Shown here piece by piece: positions 7,120-18,154 of a stretch of DNA of 63,465 bases (position 1 is its first letter; each line of letters opens with the position of its first letter). Where the stretch lies: positions 1 to 63,465 of the forward strand of contig JAUVLP010000002.1 of the NCBI GenBank assembly GCA_030600655.1, written 5' to 3'. The notes under the pieces are model-generated. The model worked only from the letters and a program-made list of their open reading frames with translations, made no database searches and was not told the DNA's origin. The stretch comes from Candidatus Eiseniibacteriota bacterium (lineage in GTDB: Bacteria > Joyebacterota > Joyebacteria > Joyebacterales > Joyebacteraceae). The translations under genes were made by a program, and so were the position numbers.

Positions 7120-10100
7120 ATGAGCACTAGACGGAGAACTGCTCTCTTGAGCCTCGGTCTCGCGGCCATACTATGGATCGCCTATTCTGCGACGCTCGTG
7201 GCGTTTTACGACATCACATTCATTCAAGCCGTCGCTACCGGCATGACACCGTTGGGGTGGACCTTCCGCCTCACCCTCACGGCCTTCACGCTCGGCATCG
7301 GGCTTCTGCTCAGCCATTTCATTGAACAGCGTTCCCGCACCGGGGCGAACCATGAGATCATGGAAGCTCTGGGCGAACAGGCGAATTACGGCTTTCTGGC
7401 TACCGACATGGACGGCATGATCACCTACATCAACCACTACTTCGCGGAAGCACATGGATATGAACCCGGCGAACTGACGGGAAGGAACATCTCGATCCTG
7501 AGATCCGAGTTCCAGCCCGCCCAGACCAGCACCGTGCTGGACTCGCTCGCCACCATTGGCAGTTTCAATGCACTGCAGGAGCGACACGTCCACAGATCGG
7601 GCTCGCTCTTCTCGATGCTTGTCAACGCAAGAGTGTTGGCCGATTCGAATGGAAAGCCGAATGCCATCGCAATGGCAGCGACCGATCTCAGAACGCATTC
7701 GGATGCTACTCACGCTCTCGAACACAGGCGGGCGCTCGACCGCGCCGTGGCCGATTTCTCTCGCGCCCTCGTACGGGATGTCTCCGTCGATATCGGGGAG
7801 ATACTCAAGGAATTGGCGACCGCCCTCGCGGTCGACCGCGCCACCATTCACAGATTCCGCGCCGAAGGCACTATAGACACGACCCACGAGTGGAACCGGT
7901 ACGGCACATCCTCGCCATGCTGGAACCAGCAGGATCTTACTGTCGCCCTGCTTCCATGGTCCGCGTCCGAGATCCTCGCCGGAAGAAACGCCATCATTGA
8001 AGATGTCAGAAACCTCCCGGAAGAAGCGGCAACCGACCAGAGAACATTCGACATGTTGGGCGTGCGGTCAGCGCTGATGGTTCCCATCCACTCCGCAACA
8101 CAGGTGATCGGTTTCCTCTCGTTCGCGCAGGCCTCTTCAATGAGGACCCCTCCACCCGAGGACATGGGACCGATAGCGGCCGCAGCGGAGATGCTGGCGG
8201 CGGCCCTTCTGCGATTTGAAGCAATCGAGAAGATCAAGGTCGAACGTGATCGCGCCCAGGGCTACCTCGACCTGGCCGAGGCGGTGTTCGTAGCCATTGG
8301 ACCGGATGGCCGGGTCACCATGATCAACACCCGAGGCTGCGAGATGCTGGAATCGATCGAGAGCGAGATCCTGGGGCAAAGCTGGTTCGACCGGTTCTTG
8401 TCGGAGGACATCCGCGAGAAGACGAGACACGTGTTCGAGCAGATCATGGCGGGCGATGTCGCACATATGGAACACCACGAGAACAGGATTGTGACAGCCA
8501 AAGGCAACACTCGCACTGTGGCCTGGCACAACACGATGATGTATGGCGCTGACGGAGAGATTGCTGGAACTCTCAGTTCGGGCATGGATGTTACCGAAAT
8601 GAGACGTGCGGAGACGACGCAGGAGGTTGCCTACGCAGTCGCGAGTGCTGCGCACACGACCGAGGACATGAATGAACTCTACGAGACGATCCACAGAGAG
8701 CTGGGCAAGGTCCTGAATACCGATAACTTCTTCATAGCACTCTATGACGGCGATACTGACACAGTCACCCTTCCCTATTTTGTGGACCAGCACGACCAGG
8801 GTGTCTACGGATCGTTCCCGGCAGGACGGAGCCTCACAGCCAATGTCATACACAATGACAGGCCGCTCCTCCTTGACCGCTCCGCGGGGGACGCGATGGT
8901 GGCAAGTGGAGAGGTCGACATGGTCGGAACGCCAAGCGACATCTGGCTGGGAGTTCCGCTACATGCCCGAGACGAGGTCATCGGAGCGATCGTGGTTCAG
9001 AGTTACGAGAATGAGAACGAGTTCGATGAGAACGATCTGGCGATGCTCAAGTTCGTGTCCGGACAGATCGGCACATCGATCGAGCGCCGGCGGTCCGAGG
9101 ACCAGCTGCGCTTCCTGAGTTCGATCCCGACCCAGGTATCTGACGGTATCATGGTGATGGATCTCGAGTTCAGGATCACGTATGTTAACAAGGCTGCCGA
9201 GCTGATCTATGGTTACGATCACGATGAACTCCTGGGCTTGGTTCCCGACGCCCTCAACGCAGAGTCTTCTGCGTCCGGCATCCACGCAGAAATGGTCGCG
9301 ACCGTGACATCCGGCGGGATCTGGCACGGAGTTCACCTCAACAGGCGCCGGGATACCACGACGTTCGACTGCGAGATGACGGTCTCACCGATGACGGATC
9401 CCGACGGCAAACCGTCATCGTATGTTCTGATCCTGAGAGACATCACCGATCGGAAGCGAGCCGAAGGGTTGCTCCATGCCATCAACTCGACGGCGCTTGC
9501 CATGGCTCGTGCGCTGACGCCGGAACAGGTTCTCGACACGGCTGCCACCGCACTCACAGACCTGAACATCTGCACCAAGACCCTGATGCTGGACGACTCA
9601 TCCGAAACACCTGTGCTCGCAGAACCCCTGTTCCCGAATCCCGCAACCTCCCGCAACAAACCCGACAGTAACGAAGTAGTGTCTCCTGTGCGCGGTTCAA
9701 GCGGAAGCACGAGCTTCGAACAGGTTCGTATCCGTATGCAGGACTTTGGTCCATCGAGAATAGCGCTCATCGAGGGTCACAGTGTCTTCATTGAGGATGG
9801 GCTGAGCATCGTTGAAGATTCATTCCGAGATACGGCCGGACGCGCCGGTCACCGTGAGGAAACCGTCCATCTTGTCGCGGCTCCACTGGTCACCGGGGGA
9901 GAGATGTTCGGCGCCTTGGTAATGCTGTCGCCCAATCTCCGAAGGACCGATGTGGCGATCCTGACGGCGCTCGCAAACCAGATAGCGGCGTCATGGCGGA
10001 AGGTCAACGTACTCGGTGAACTCGAGAAGAGCCTGTTGGAACTCTCCAAAGCTCAGGGACAGCTCTTGCAGGCACAGAAGATGGAGGCCGTCGGACGGCT

Positions 10101-11205
10101 GGCGGGAGGCGTGGCCCATGATTTCAACAACCTTCTCACCGCCATCACGGGGTACTCGGATCTTGCTCTCATGAAAATGGAAGAAGGCAGCCCCCTTAAA
10201 TCGTATATCGTCGAGGTCAAGAAGGGCGCCGAACGCGCGGCCGGCCTCACGAGCCAGCTCCTGGCGTTCAGTCGCAGGCAGCCGCTCGAGCCGAAGGTCT
10301 TCAATGTGGGCGTCGTCATCGCCGACCTCGAGAAGATGATGAACCGGCTCATCGGAGAGGACATCGCACTCCACACCGATATCCCCAATGAGCTTCCCAG
10401 CATCAGAGCGGATGCTGGACAGATTGAACAGGTGCTCATCAACATGGTCGTGAACGCGCGCGATGCAATGCCACACGGAGGACGTGTGACGGTGAGCGCC
10501 AAGCGCGTCTTCATCAGCGAGAGCGATTGCCCGGCCCAAGGCGATTGCCGACCAGGAGACTACATTCGCATCTCGATCACGGATTCCGGAACCGGCATCC
10601 CCCCCGAGGTAAGGGACAGGATCTTCGAACCGTTCTTCACGACCAAGGGACGCGGCGAGGGCACCGGTCTCGGCCTTGCCGGCGCCTATGGTATCATCTG
10701 TCAGCACGACGGATGGATCAACGTTGAGTCGGAGGTCGACCTCGGCACAACTTTCCATATCTACATACCGACAACGGATGCCGAACTCGATACTCCGTCG
10801 AACGATGTTCCCTCTGAGACCACAGAATCAGGACGCGGTGAGCGCATCCTGCTCGTAGAGGACGAGCCTCTGGTGAGAGACTTCGCAGTGGGCGCACTCA
10901 AGGACAGTGGCTACTACATCGTTGCCGCTGAAAGCGCAGAGCAGGCCCTTGAGCTGTTTGACCAGGAAGAAGGGCGATTTGATCTCGTCTTCAGTGACGT
11001 TGTTCTACCCGGCAAGAGCGGAGTCGTGCTTGTGGACGAGCTGCTGACTCGCGCCCCGGATCTCGGCATCCTTCTGAGCAGCGGTTATACGGACCAGAAA
11101 TCACAGCTACCGCAGATCCGCGAGCGCGGATACGAATTCCTGCAGAAGCCATACGAACTCAAGAGTCTGCTTGAAGCCGTCCGGAAGTGCATGGAGCCTA
11201 ACTAA
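7120..11205 (+). CDS. Membrane-bound multi-PAS/GAF hybrid sensor histidine kinase with C-terminal receiver
   Basis: 1361 aa. N-terminal TM helices, then alternating PAS and GAF-like modules (3 + 3). H-box [17 protein letters not shown]. HATPase boxes [23 protein letters not shown]. Receiver [13 protein letters not shown]...[11 protein letters not shown]. Confidence 0.9.
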   Translation: MSTRRRTALLSLGLAAILWIAYSATLVAFYDITFIQAVATGMTPLGWTFRLTLTAFTLGIGLLLSHFIEQRSRTGANHEIMEALGEQANYGFLATDMDGMITYINHYFAEAHGYEPGELTGRNISILRSEFQPAQTSTVLDSLATIGSFNALQERHVHRSGSLFSMLVNARVLADSNGKPNAIAMAATDLRTHSDATHALEHRRALDRAVADFSRALVRDVSVDIGEILKELATALAVDRATIHRFRAEGTIDTTHEWNRYGTSSPCWNQQDLTVALLPWSASEILAGRNAIIEDVRNLPEEAATDQRTFDMLGVRSALMVPIHSATQVIGFLSFAQASSMRTPPPEDMGPIAAAAEMLAAALLRFEAIEKIKVERDRAQGYLDLAEAVFVAIGPDGRVTMINTRGCEMLESIESEILGQSWFDRFLSEDIREKTRHVFEQIMAGDVAHMEHHENRIVTAKGNTRTVAWHNTMMYGADGEIAGTLSSGMDVTEMRRAETTQEVAYAVASAAHTTEDMNELYETIHRELGKVLNTDNFFIALYDGDTDTVTLPYFVDQHDQGVYGSFPAGRSLTANVIHNDRPLLLDRSAGDAMVASGEVDMVGTPSDIWLGVPLHARDEVIGAIVVQSYENENEFDENDLAMLKFVSGQIGTSIERRRSEDQLRFLSSIPTQVSDGIMVMDLEFRITYVNKAAELIYGYDHDELLGLVPDALNAESSASGIHAEMVATVTSGGIWHGVHLNRRRDTTTFDCEMTVSPMTDPDGKPSSYVLILRDITDRKRAEGLLHAINSTALAMARALTPEQVLDTAATALTDLNICTKTLMLDDSSETPVLAEPLFPNPATSRNKPDSNEVVSPVRGSSGSTSFEQVRIRMQDFGPSRIALIEGHSVFIEDGLSIVEDSFRDTAGRAGHREETVHLVAAPLVTGGEMFGALVMLSPNLRRTDVAILTALANQIAASWRKVNVLGELEKSLLELSKAQGQLLQAQKMEAVGRLAGGVAHDFNNLLTAITGYSDLALMKMEEGSPLKSYIVEVKKGAERAAGLTSQLLAFSRRQPLEPKVFNVGVVIADLEKMMNRLIGEDIALHTDIPNELPSIRADAGQIEQVLINMVVNARDAMPHGGRVTVSAKRVFISESDCPAQGDCRPGDYIRISITDSGTGIPPEVRDRIFEPFFTTKGRGEGTGLGLAGAYGIICQHDGWINVESEVDLGTTFHIYIPTTDAELDTPSNDVPSETTESGRGERILLVEDEPLVRDFAVGALKDSGYYIVAAESAEQALELFDQEEGRFDLVFSDVVLPGKSGVVLVDELLTRAPDLGILLSSGYTDQKSQLPQIRERGYEFLQKPYELKSLLEAVRKCMEPN

Positions 11206-11216
11206 CGGCCATCGAT

Positions 11217-11243
11217 GGTGCTCCTTCTCAAGGAGCATTGTCG
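11217..11243. terminator. Hairpin between the convergent kinase and radical SAM genes
   Basis: TGCTCCTT (11219-11226), CTC loop, AAGGAGCA (11230-11237), then TTGTCG. The T-tract is weak. Confidence 0.45.
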
Positions 11244-11335
11244 ACGAACGGACGGAAACAAGAAGCGCGATCAGAGTTGCGGTGAGCGGGCCCCATTTTG
11301 CCGGCTTCATTTCCCTTCCACAGGCTACCAGTTCA

Positions 11336-13000
11336 CTATTTCTCACGCTGCTGCGGCAGGATCTTCTCGTATGCAAGCCTCAGAATGTCATTCGGAGGTC
11401 CAGAATCAATGACATCCCACGGGAGTAACTCATCGGCATCGTACTCCCTTCCAGCGATCCACTCAGCGTCCACGCCGGCCCGCCTGAGTGCGGCCTTCCA
11501 CGGCACCCCTTGAACAGCGACGGCCACGATCGGACCCGCCAGCTCACGCCCGCCGCGTGCCAGCACAGCTTCCCGCCATGCCTCCCGCGGCCCGGCGCTC
11601 GTGAATCGCACGCGGGGTTTCAGGGAAAGCAGGCGGCGAACCGCGACGATCTTCCCGCGGAGCTCCCGTTCACTCGCTGCAGGCGCCCACTGCAGCGGCG
11701 TTCTCGGCTTGGGCACGAATGGAGAGAGGCTGACGGTGATTCTGGTTCTGCCGTCACGGGACGTAACCGACTGAGCTCGCCGGACAAGCGCGGCTATCGC
11801 CTCTACATCCTCGTTGGTCTCACCCGGAAGCCCCAGCATGAAGTAGAGCCTCACCGTCTTGATCCCCGCCTCCGAGGCTGCAGCAACCGCGCGCAGTATC
11901 ATCGCATCACTCGTTCCCTTCCCGATCCGCCGGCGCAGCAGCTCTGTTCCGGCTTCGGGAGCAAGCGTGGCGGTTCTCACACCACAGTCGACAAGGAGGC
12001 CGGCGAGTTCCGCATCGACGCTCTCTATTCTCAGTGATGCTACGTTCACCTCTACACCCATCGCTTGGAGCTCACGGAGTATCCGGAGAATCTCCGGATG
12101 ATCACCCAGCGACGCGCTCACTAGACCGATCCGTCTCGCGAACGGCATAGCCTCTCGCACCCGTTCGATGACCTCCTCTGCAGGTCTGTATCGAACGGAG
12201 CCGTAAACGTGACCGGCGGCACAGAAACGACATCCCCTGCGACAACCGCGAGAGATCTCGATCAGGAACATGTCATTGAAGTAGGCGCCGTTTGAGAGAA
12301 CAATGCTCTCGGCCAGATCACCCGAGCCGCATGCGCATCGGACAGGCAGGGAAACATCCTCCTCAGGCGAGAAGCTCACGAGCCGGCCGGCTTCGTCATG
12401 CTCCACACCAATCAGAGATGGGACGTAGATGCCAGGCACTCCAGCAAGCGCACGGAGTACCGCATCCCGCCCACTCCCACGAGCAGAGGCGAGCGTTGCC
12501 AAGAACGGAGGAAGCAACTCGTCGGCTTCGCCCACCAGCACCGCATCGACGATCAGCGCTACAGGTTCCGCGTTGAGGTACGCGCAGATTCCCCCGAATA
12601 CGACAAGTGGATCGCACTCACCTCTGTCGGCGGCCAAAGGCGCAATGCCGGCCGCGTCGAGCACGCGGACAAGATTGAAGTAGTCATCTTCAAACGATAT
12701 GGAGAACGCGATCACGTCGAAATCGCCCAGCGGCGCGCCGGTCTCATAGCTTCTGCCCAGCCGGCCGGATCTTTCGTCCCAGAAGACCCGCTCGCAGCGG
12801 ATCTCGTCCTCCGAGATGAGAAGTCCGAGAGTGAAGTGGAAGCCGAGGTTGCTCATACCGAGCGGGTAGTCGGCGGGATAGCAGAGAGCAACGGAGAGCT
12901 CTCGCCCTCCGCCGCTGATCGGTCTGGGTTCGTCAGTCAGCCACGTCTCCCGCCTGCCGCCGGCGGATCCGTCATCGTACTGACGCTGTCTGCGAGGCAT
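11336..13000 (-). CDS. B12-binding-domain radical SAM protein (TIGR03960-like, function unknown)
   Basis: 554 aa. N-terminal LSVALCYPADYPLGMSNLGFHF region. CX3CX2C cluster in EISRGCRRGCRFCAAGHVY. The ATG overlaps the stop of the upstream TPR gene (TGATG). Confidence 0.85.
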   Translation of the reverse strand: MPRRQRQYDDGSAGGRRETWLTDEPRPISGGGRELSVALCYPADYPLGMSNLGFHFTLGLLISEDEIRCERVFWDERSGRLGRSYETGAPLGDFDVIAFSISFEDDYFNLVRVLDAAGIAPLAADRGECDPLVVFGGICAYLNAEPVALIVDAVLVGEADELLPPFLATLASARGSGRDAVLRALAGVPGIYVPSLIGVEHDEAGRLVSFSPEEDVSLPVRCACGSGDLAESIVLSNGAYFNDMFLIEISRGCRRGCRFCAAGHVYGSVRYRPAEEVIERVREAMPFARRIGLVSASLGDHPEILRILRELQAMGVEVNVASLRIESVDAELAGLLVDCGVRTATLAPEAGTELLRRRIGKGTSDAMILRAVAAASEAGIKTVRLYFMLGLPGETNEDVEAIAALVRRAQSVTSRDGRTRITVSLSPFVPKPRTPLQWAPAASERELRGKIVAVRRLLSLKPRVRFTSAGPREAWREAVLARGGRELAGPIVAVAVQGVPWKAALRRAGVDAEWIAGREYDADELLPWDVIDSGPPNDILRLAYEKILPQQREK

Positions 13001-14661
13001 CAGAGCCTGATCTTCCTTAGCTCTCCATAGCCGGGCGTTAAGTCTGCAAGCTGTGCTCGGGCCACCGGGTTGCGGGAGTCGATTCTGAGCACTTCGTGGA
13101 ACTGCTCATTTGACTCATCGGCACGGTCGACTCGCCTGTACGTGAGTCCAAGCGTCAGCCTGGCCTCCACATAGTCTGAGTTGATCTTGACGGCCTTTTC
13201 GAGCTCATCTATGGCTTCATTGTACCGCTCGCTCGCGATAAAGCGGTCAGCCAGCTCGCGGTGCAGATCTGCATAGCCGGGCTTGAACTGAAGAGCTCTG
13301 GACAGATGTTCTATCGCCTCGTTCTCACGTCCGAGAGCGGCCTTCGCCCGGCCCAGGTATGCGTGCGCCTCAGCATATTCGGGGTTGATGCTGACGGCAC
13401 GCTCCAGCTCGTCGGCTGCTTCCTGGTGCTTTCCTCTGGCCATGTACGCCACCCCCAGGCCGCACCTGAGATCTGCATAGTCTCCGTTCTGAGCAAGCAC
13501 CGCCTTGTAACGCTCGATTGCTGCATCATAATCGCCGCTCTCGAGAAGGACCTCAGCTGGTATTCCGGGTGTGTTGTTCCAGAACCCCGCGTCTTCGAAT
13601 GCCAGCTTGAATGACGCAACAGCCTTCTCGGTCTCACCCCCCGAGTGATATCCCATTCCAAGGTAGTAGTGGGCAAGCGGACAGGAGGAGCAGGCCTCGA
13701 CCACCTTCAGGAGTTCCTCAACCGATTCCTTCAGCATCCCACGCTTGAAATATGCAATGCCGAGATAGCATCTCAGATCCCAGTAGTCCGGTTTCAGCTC
13801 GACGGCGCGTTTGAGACTCCCGGCAGCATCCCGATAGCGACCAGCTTTGAGACAGAATGCGCCGCGGTAGAAGAGCGCATCAACGTAGTTGGGGTTGATA
13901 TCCAGTGCTTCATCCAGCTCAGCCACTGCTGCGTCATAGCGCTCGAGCTCGCCGTATGCTATGGCCAGACGAGCACGGACATCAGGATACTTCGGCTTAA
14001 GTTTGATCGCACACTCGAACCCTTGCGCTGCCTCCTCCACCCGCCCTGCATTGTAGGAAGTGATGGCCTCATTGAGGAGTGTCCGAAACTCCTCTTTCCC
14101 CACTGTTGCTCCCCGGAGTTCCTCGAAGGGAGGGCTCAGGAATCGCTCGTAGGTTTTCGTAAGGTGCGGAGTCTCCGGAACCGGGATATCCAGCCCCAGT
14201 TTCATCGCCTTCTCGAATGCCCGCATGGCATCTTCGTGTCGCTCTCGTTCCGAGAGTGCTATGGCAAGATAGCAATATGCTTCCATGTAGTCAGGGTTGA
14301 TCTCGACGGCACGCTGAAGAGACTCTACCGCCTCCTCGAAGCGTTCCTGCCTCTCGCATATCATTCCGAGATGGTAGTGAAGATCCGGGTACCGGTTGTT
14401 CTCCTCCACGGCCTTTCTGAACTCTCTCTCCGCATCCACCAGATTCCCCTGCTTGTAGAACGCGAATCCGAGATGAGCGTGCGTCTCTGCGGCGTAGAAC
14501 ATGCCGAGCTGATAGTAGGGATCGGATTTGTTCGTGGTCTCGGTGATAACGTGCTCAAACTCCACCACGGCCTTGTCGTACTCGCCGCGGTTGTAGAATT
14601 CGATCCCCTTGTTATAGTGATCGCTCTCACCTAGCCCGAACAGTTTGGTGAAGAGTGACAC
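13000..14661 (-). CDS. Cytoplasmic tetratricopeptide (TPR) repeat protein
   Basis: More than 10 consecutive 34-aa TPR units (for example AEAHAYLGRAKAALGRENEAIEHLSRALQFKPGY) and no signal peptide. GTG at 14661 lies 5 nt after AAGGAGG. The track start, TTG at 14679, has no SD. Confidence 0.85.
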   Translation of the reverse strand: MSLFTKLFGLGESDHYNKGIEFYNRGEYDKAVVEFEHVITETTNKSDPYYQLGMFYAAETHAHLGFAFYKQGNLVDAEREFRKAVEENNRYPDLHYHLGMICERQERFEEAVESLQRAVEINPDYMEAYCYLAIALSERERHEDAMRAFEKAMKLGLDIPVPETPHLTKTYERFLSPPFEELRGATVGKEEFRTLLNEAITSYNAGRVEEAAQGFECAIKLKPKYPDVRARLAIAYGELERYDAAVAELDEALDINPNYVDALFYRGAFCLKAGRYRDAAGSLKRAVELKPDYWDLRCYLGIAYFKRGMLKESVEELLKVVEACSSCPLAHYYLGMGYHSGGETEKAVASFKLAFEDAGFWNNTPGIPAEVLLESGDYDAAIERYKAVLAQNGDYADLRCGLGVAYMARGKHQEAADELERAVSINPEYAEAHAYLGRAKAALGRENEAIEHLSRALQFKPGYADLHRELADRFIASERYNEAIDELEKAVKINSDYVEARLTLGLTYRRVDRADESNEQFHEVLRIDSRNPVARAQLADLTPGYGELRKIRL

Positions 14662-14708
14662 GGTTTCCTCCTTGCTCAACAGGTACTATCCGCGCAGGCT
14701 CATTATAC

Positions 14709-15923
14709 TCAGTCCATCTGCCGACGCAAGAACGTAGGTATCTCGAGCTCCCGTCTGGAGCTCCTGCGGGAGCCACCCTTGGCACACATGACAAGCCTGT
14801 GGGCAGATTCCCTGCGTGTGGGCGCCGGTTCGCGGGACTCACTTCCCTTCGTGGCGGGTCTGGAGCGCTCCGGCGTCTTTGCAGTGGTCTCTGCCATAAC
14901 CATGCTTTGCGGCGCTGGTCTGGCAGCGCGCCCCTGCTTGACTCCTGCCGTCGCGCGCTTCGGCTCCACACCGATCCCGGTAGCAATAACAGTGATCATG
15001 ATCTTGTCCTTCAGTGAGTCATCGATCACTGCCCCGAAGATCATGTTCGTCTCGGCCCCGATGGCTTCGTTGATCACCATCGCTGCCTCACTGATCTCGT
15101 GAAGAGAGAGATCCCCTCCACCCGTCACATTCACGAGAACGCCCTTGGCACCCCTGATCGTGGCATCCTCGAGGAGCGGGCTCGATATCGATTGCTGTGC
15201 CGCTTCAACAGCCCTGTTCTTGCCGGCACTGATACCGGTCCCCATCACCGCATCTCCCATCTCCACCATAACTGACTTCACATCGGCGAAATCCAGATTG
15301 ATGAGCCCGGGAACCATGATGAGATCGGTAACTCCCTTGGTCGCACGAAGCAGGACTTCGTCCGCGATGCGGAAGGCCTCGCGGACCGGCGTGTTCTTGC
15401 TCGCGATAGCCAGAAGCCGCTGATTCGGGATCACAATAGCGGTGTCGACCTCCTGTTTGAGCATCTTCAGCCCTTCGACGGCCTGACGCATTCTGTAATG
15501 GCCCTCAAAGAGAAACGGCTTGGTCGCAACGCCTACCACCAGAGCTCCCATCTTCTTCGCCATCTGAGCTACGACTGGGCTGGCGCCGGTGCCGGTGCCG
15601 CCCCCCATCCCTCCCGTGACGAACACCATGTCCGCCCCCTTGAGGGCATTGACGACGTGTTCCTGGTCCTCTTCGATCGCCTTCCTGCCGATCTCCGGAT
15701 TGCCGCCGGATCCCAACCCGTGCGTCGACTTGCGACCAATCTGAATCCGGGTAGCAGCAAGCGAACCGCCGAGCGCTTGAGCATCCGTATTGATGGCGAT
15801 AAAGTCCACGCCGGTGAAGCCTGACTCTATCATCCTGTTGATCGCATTGCCCCCGGCACCCCCCACACCCACAACCTTGATCGAAGCACTCATCTTCGGA
15901 TCCGCTTCGAACTGGAACCGCAT
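14709..15923 (-). CDS. ftsZ: Cell division GTPase FtsZ
   Basis: [14 protein letters not shown] tubulin signature and C-terminal [11 protein letters not shown] peptide. The ATG at 15923 is preceded by GGAAGGAGGAACG. The track start at 15998 is an N-terminal extension. Confidence 0.97.
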   Translation of the reverse strand: MRFQFEADPKMSASIKVVGVGGAGGNAINRMIESGFTGVDFIAINTDAQALGGSLAATRIQIGRKSTHGLGSGGNPEIGRKAIEEDQEHVVNALKGADMVFVTGGMGGGTGTGASPVVAQMAKKMGALVVGVATKPFLFEGHYRMRQAVEGLKMLKQEVDTAIVIPNQRLLAIASKNTPVREAFRIADEVLLRATKGVTDLIMVPGLINLDFADVKSVMVEMGDAVMGTGISAGKNRAVEAAQQSISSPLLEDATIRGAKGVLVNVTGGGDLSLHEISEAAMVINEAIGAETNMIFGAVIDDSLKDKIMITVIATGIGVEPKRATAGVKQGRAARPAPQSMVMAETTAKTPERSRPATKGSESREPAPTRRESAHRLVMCAKGGSRRSSRRELEIPTFLRRQMD

Positions 15924-16084
15924 CGTTCCTCCTTCCGGGCCGCTGCCCTTGAGCAGCGATCCCGCCTGTCCCCTCTGTGTATTCCTTCTCTTTCCCATTT
16001 CTTCTCTCCTCAGATCCCGATCCCAGTCGATCCACCGGGCTGTCTACTCATCTACCTGCAGCGGCACAAGGTACAGCGGATCCC

Positions 16085-17308
16085 CTAGAGAAGGTTGTCG
16101 ACCCACTGCCTCACTCTGCGGACAGTTCCAAGCAGCGCTCCATCGTTCCGCATACGCCGTCTTCTCGGTGCACGCGACGCCGCTATGACAACGCCTACAA
16201 CCGCAGCGTGAGATGGATCTGCCGTGGCATCGAGAAGCCCTGATACTCTCTCGGGAAGCCCGACTCTCGTGGGCAGGCCGAAGACATCCTCAGCCACATC
16301 GGTCACACCTCTGAGCTTTGCCCCCCCACCCGTCAAAACAACACCAGCCGCTGTTCGCCCCCAGTATTCCGTGTCCCTGACTTCCGCCAGTGCCAATTCC
16401 AGGATCTCGCGAATCCTGGGCTCGATGATGGCCGACAGCATGTGGGTTGAGCTCTCCCGAGGCGGTCGCCCCCCAACGCTTGGAATCTCGAGAACCGAAT
16501 TCTCTACCATGGACATCTTGGCGCAGCCTGATCTGTGTTTCAGGAGCTTCGCCTTGGCCAGCGGTATTCTGAGTCCCACAGCGATGTCGTTCGTAATACT
16601 CGAAGCTCCCCATCCCACCACCCCGACGTACCGAATCGACCCGCCGTGGTGAAGAGCAACACCAATCGTATCAGCGCCGATGTTGACGAGGAGAACACCG
16701 AGCTCGCGCTCATCGTCGGAGAGCGACGACAGTCCCGCTGCAACCGGCTTGGCAGTAATGACGCTCTCCCTGAGCCCTGCCTTTCGCACGGCTCTGATGG
16801 AGTTATCTATCACCTGCTCTTCGGCAGTGACGATGTGGACCCTGGATCCAAGACGTACACCCGACATGCCGACGGGATTCCGGATCCCTCGCTGCCCATC
16901 GATGAAAAACTCCTGAGGAAGCACGTCCACTACTGATCGACCTACCGGTAGCGCGAGGGTTCTGGCTGCCTCCAGTACGGTGGCCACCTCAGACGCCACT
17001 ATCTCCCCGTTCGCTCCGGAGACGGCAATAACGCCCCGGCTGTCGATACCCTTAATATGCTCCCCATTGAGCGAGATCGCCGCGGCACCGATCTCAACAT
17101 CGGTGTTTTCCTCAGCTTTCACGATCGCCTCGCGAATCGAATCTGCGGCCCTCTCCATGTTGACGATAACGCCGGCCTCTATCCCGACGGAACGCGACTC
17201 ACCGATCCCAAGTATCTCCGGGGTCTCGCTATCTCCGACGTTCGCGACAACTGCCTTGATCCTGCTCGAACCCACATCGAGGCCGACAATGATCTCGCTG
17301 CGCTTCAA
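16085..17308 (-). CDS. ftsA: Cell division protein FtsA
   Basis: Actin-fold motifs GLDVGSSRIKAV and LTGGGAKLRG. TTG start lies 6 nt after GGGAGG. Confidence 0.95.
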   Translation of the reverse strand: MKRSEIIVGLDVGSSRIKAVVANVGDSETPEILGIGESRSVGIEAGVIVNMERAADSIREAIVKAEENTDVEIGAAAISLNGEHIKGIDSRGVIAVSGANGEIVASEVATVLEAARTLALPVGRSVVDVLPQEFFIDGQRGIRNPVGMSGVRLGSRVHIVTAEEQVIDNSIRAVRKAGLRESVITAKPVAAGLSSLSDDERELGVLLVNIGADTIGVALHHGGSIRYVGVVGWGASSITNDIAVGLRIPLAKAKLLKHRSGCAKMSMVENSVLEIPSVGGRPPRESSTHMLSAIIEPRIREILELALAEVRDTEYWGRTAAGVVLTGGGAKLRGVTDVAEDVFGLPTRVGLPERVSGLLDATADPSHAAVVGVVIAASRAPRRRRMRNDGALLGTVRRVRQWVDNLL

Positions 17309-17323
17309 GTGGGGCCTCCCGTC

Positions 17324-18154
17324 CTACGCCCGTTCCCGAGAACCGCTTCCGGCAGTCCTCACGACAATCTGGTTCCTGAACCTCATATCTATGGCCTCAG
17401 CTGTCACTCCTCTCGCCCTGAGATCACTCAGAACCGCCCAGAGTTGTGACAACGCCTCACTGTTGTAAGCGCCGGAGCCAAACCTGATCTCTGCCCCGTC
17501 GGCTACCGTGTAGATAACCAGACCCGACCCCGGCGCAATATGCACTTCGGATATTTCCATCCAGAGCGAGGGTGATAACTCCCTCGCCGTCCTCAGAAGA
17601 CTCAGAGCCACTCTGAGACTCTCCGAATCAAACACCTCCCCCCCCGAAGGAGGTTCACCAAGACCACTGATGAGGGGGATATCAACGAACGCCGTGCGCT
17701 CCGCGATCGGGAACACGCTCCCGTCATCCGCGACCTCGACGAACCCGGAAGAGCCGGAAAGCACAATGGCGGCCGGCAGCTTCTCCTCGAGCCGAATCAG
17801 AATGTGGTCGGGGAGCTGACGCGTCACGTATGCCCGTTCGATCCTCGGACTCGATATGACTGCCGCTTCTACACGTCCGAGATCGATTGAGAGAAGGTCC
17901 ATTCCCGGCTCGATGCCGGCGAGTGCAACAACCTCCTCCTCGGTCAGGACAACATTCCCGATGATCTCAAGCAGGTGCAGCGGAAAGCGCCCAGCCTCGT
18001 CGCCCCAAGCAGATGCCTTGTAAGCGGAGGACCCTATCCCTGACAACAGCAGCACTGCGCACGCCGTGATCGTGATTCGCTTCGCACCCCAGACTTCGCG
18101 CGGCGACTTGCCACGGTCATTTCGCTCTCTACGCATCCACCTCGCGCTCTTCAA
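17324..18154 (-). CDS. ftsQ: Cell division protein FtsQ (POTRA domain)
   Basis: N-terminal TM anchor followed by a POTRA-like region, at the syntenic position between murB and ftsA. The TTG start overlaps the murB stop (TTGA). An ATG 18 nt further in is an alternative start. Confidence 0.85.
   Translation of the reverse strand: MKSARWMRRERNDRGKSPREVWGAKRITITACAVLLLSGIGSSAYKASAWGDEAGRFPLHLLEIIGNVVLTEEEVVALAGIEPGMDLLSIDLGRVEAAVISSPRIERAYVTRQLPDHILIRLEEKLPAAIVLSGSSGFVEVADDGSVFPIAERTAFVDIPLISGLGEPPSGGEVFDSESLRVALSLLRTARELSPSLWMEISEVHIAPGSGLVIYTVADGAEIRFGSGAYNSEALSQLWAVLSDLRARGVTAEAIDMRFRNQIVVRTAGSGSRERA

Noticed and set aside
15924-16084. 160-nt purine-rich ftsA-ftsZ spacer as a possible ncRNA or internal ftsZ promoter
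   Set aside because: I found no convincing -35/-10 pair or stable structure. It is likely just an untranslated linker containing the ftsZ SD.
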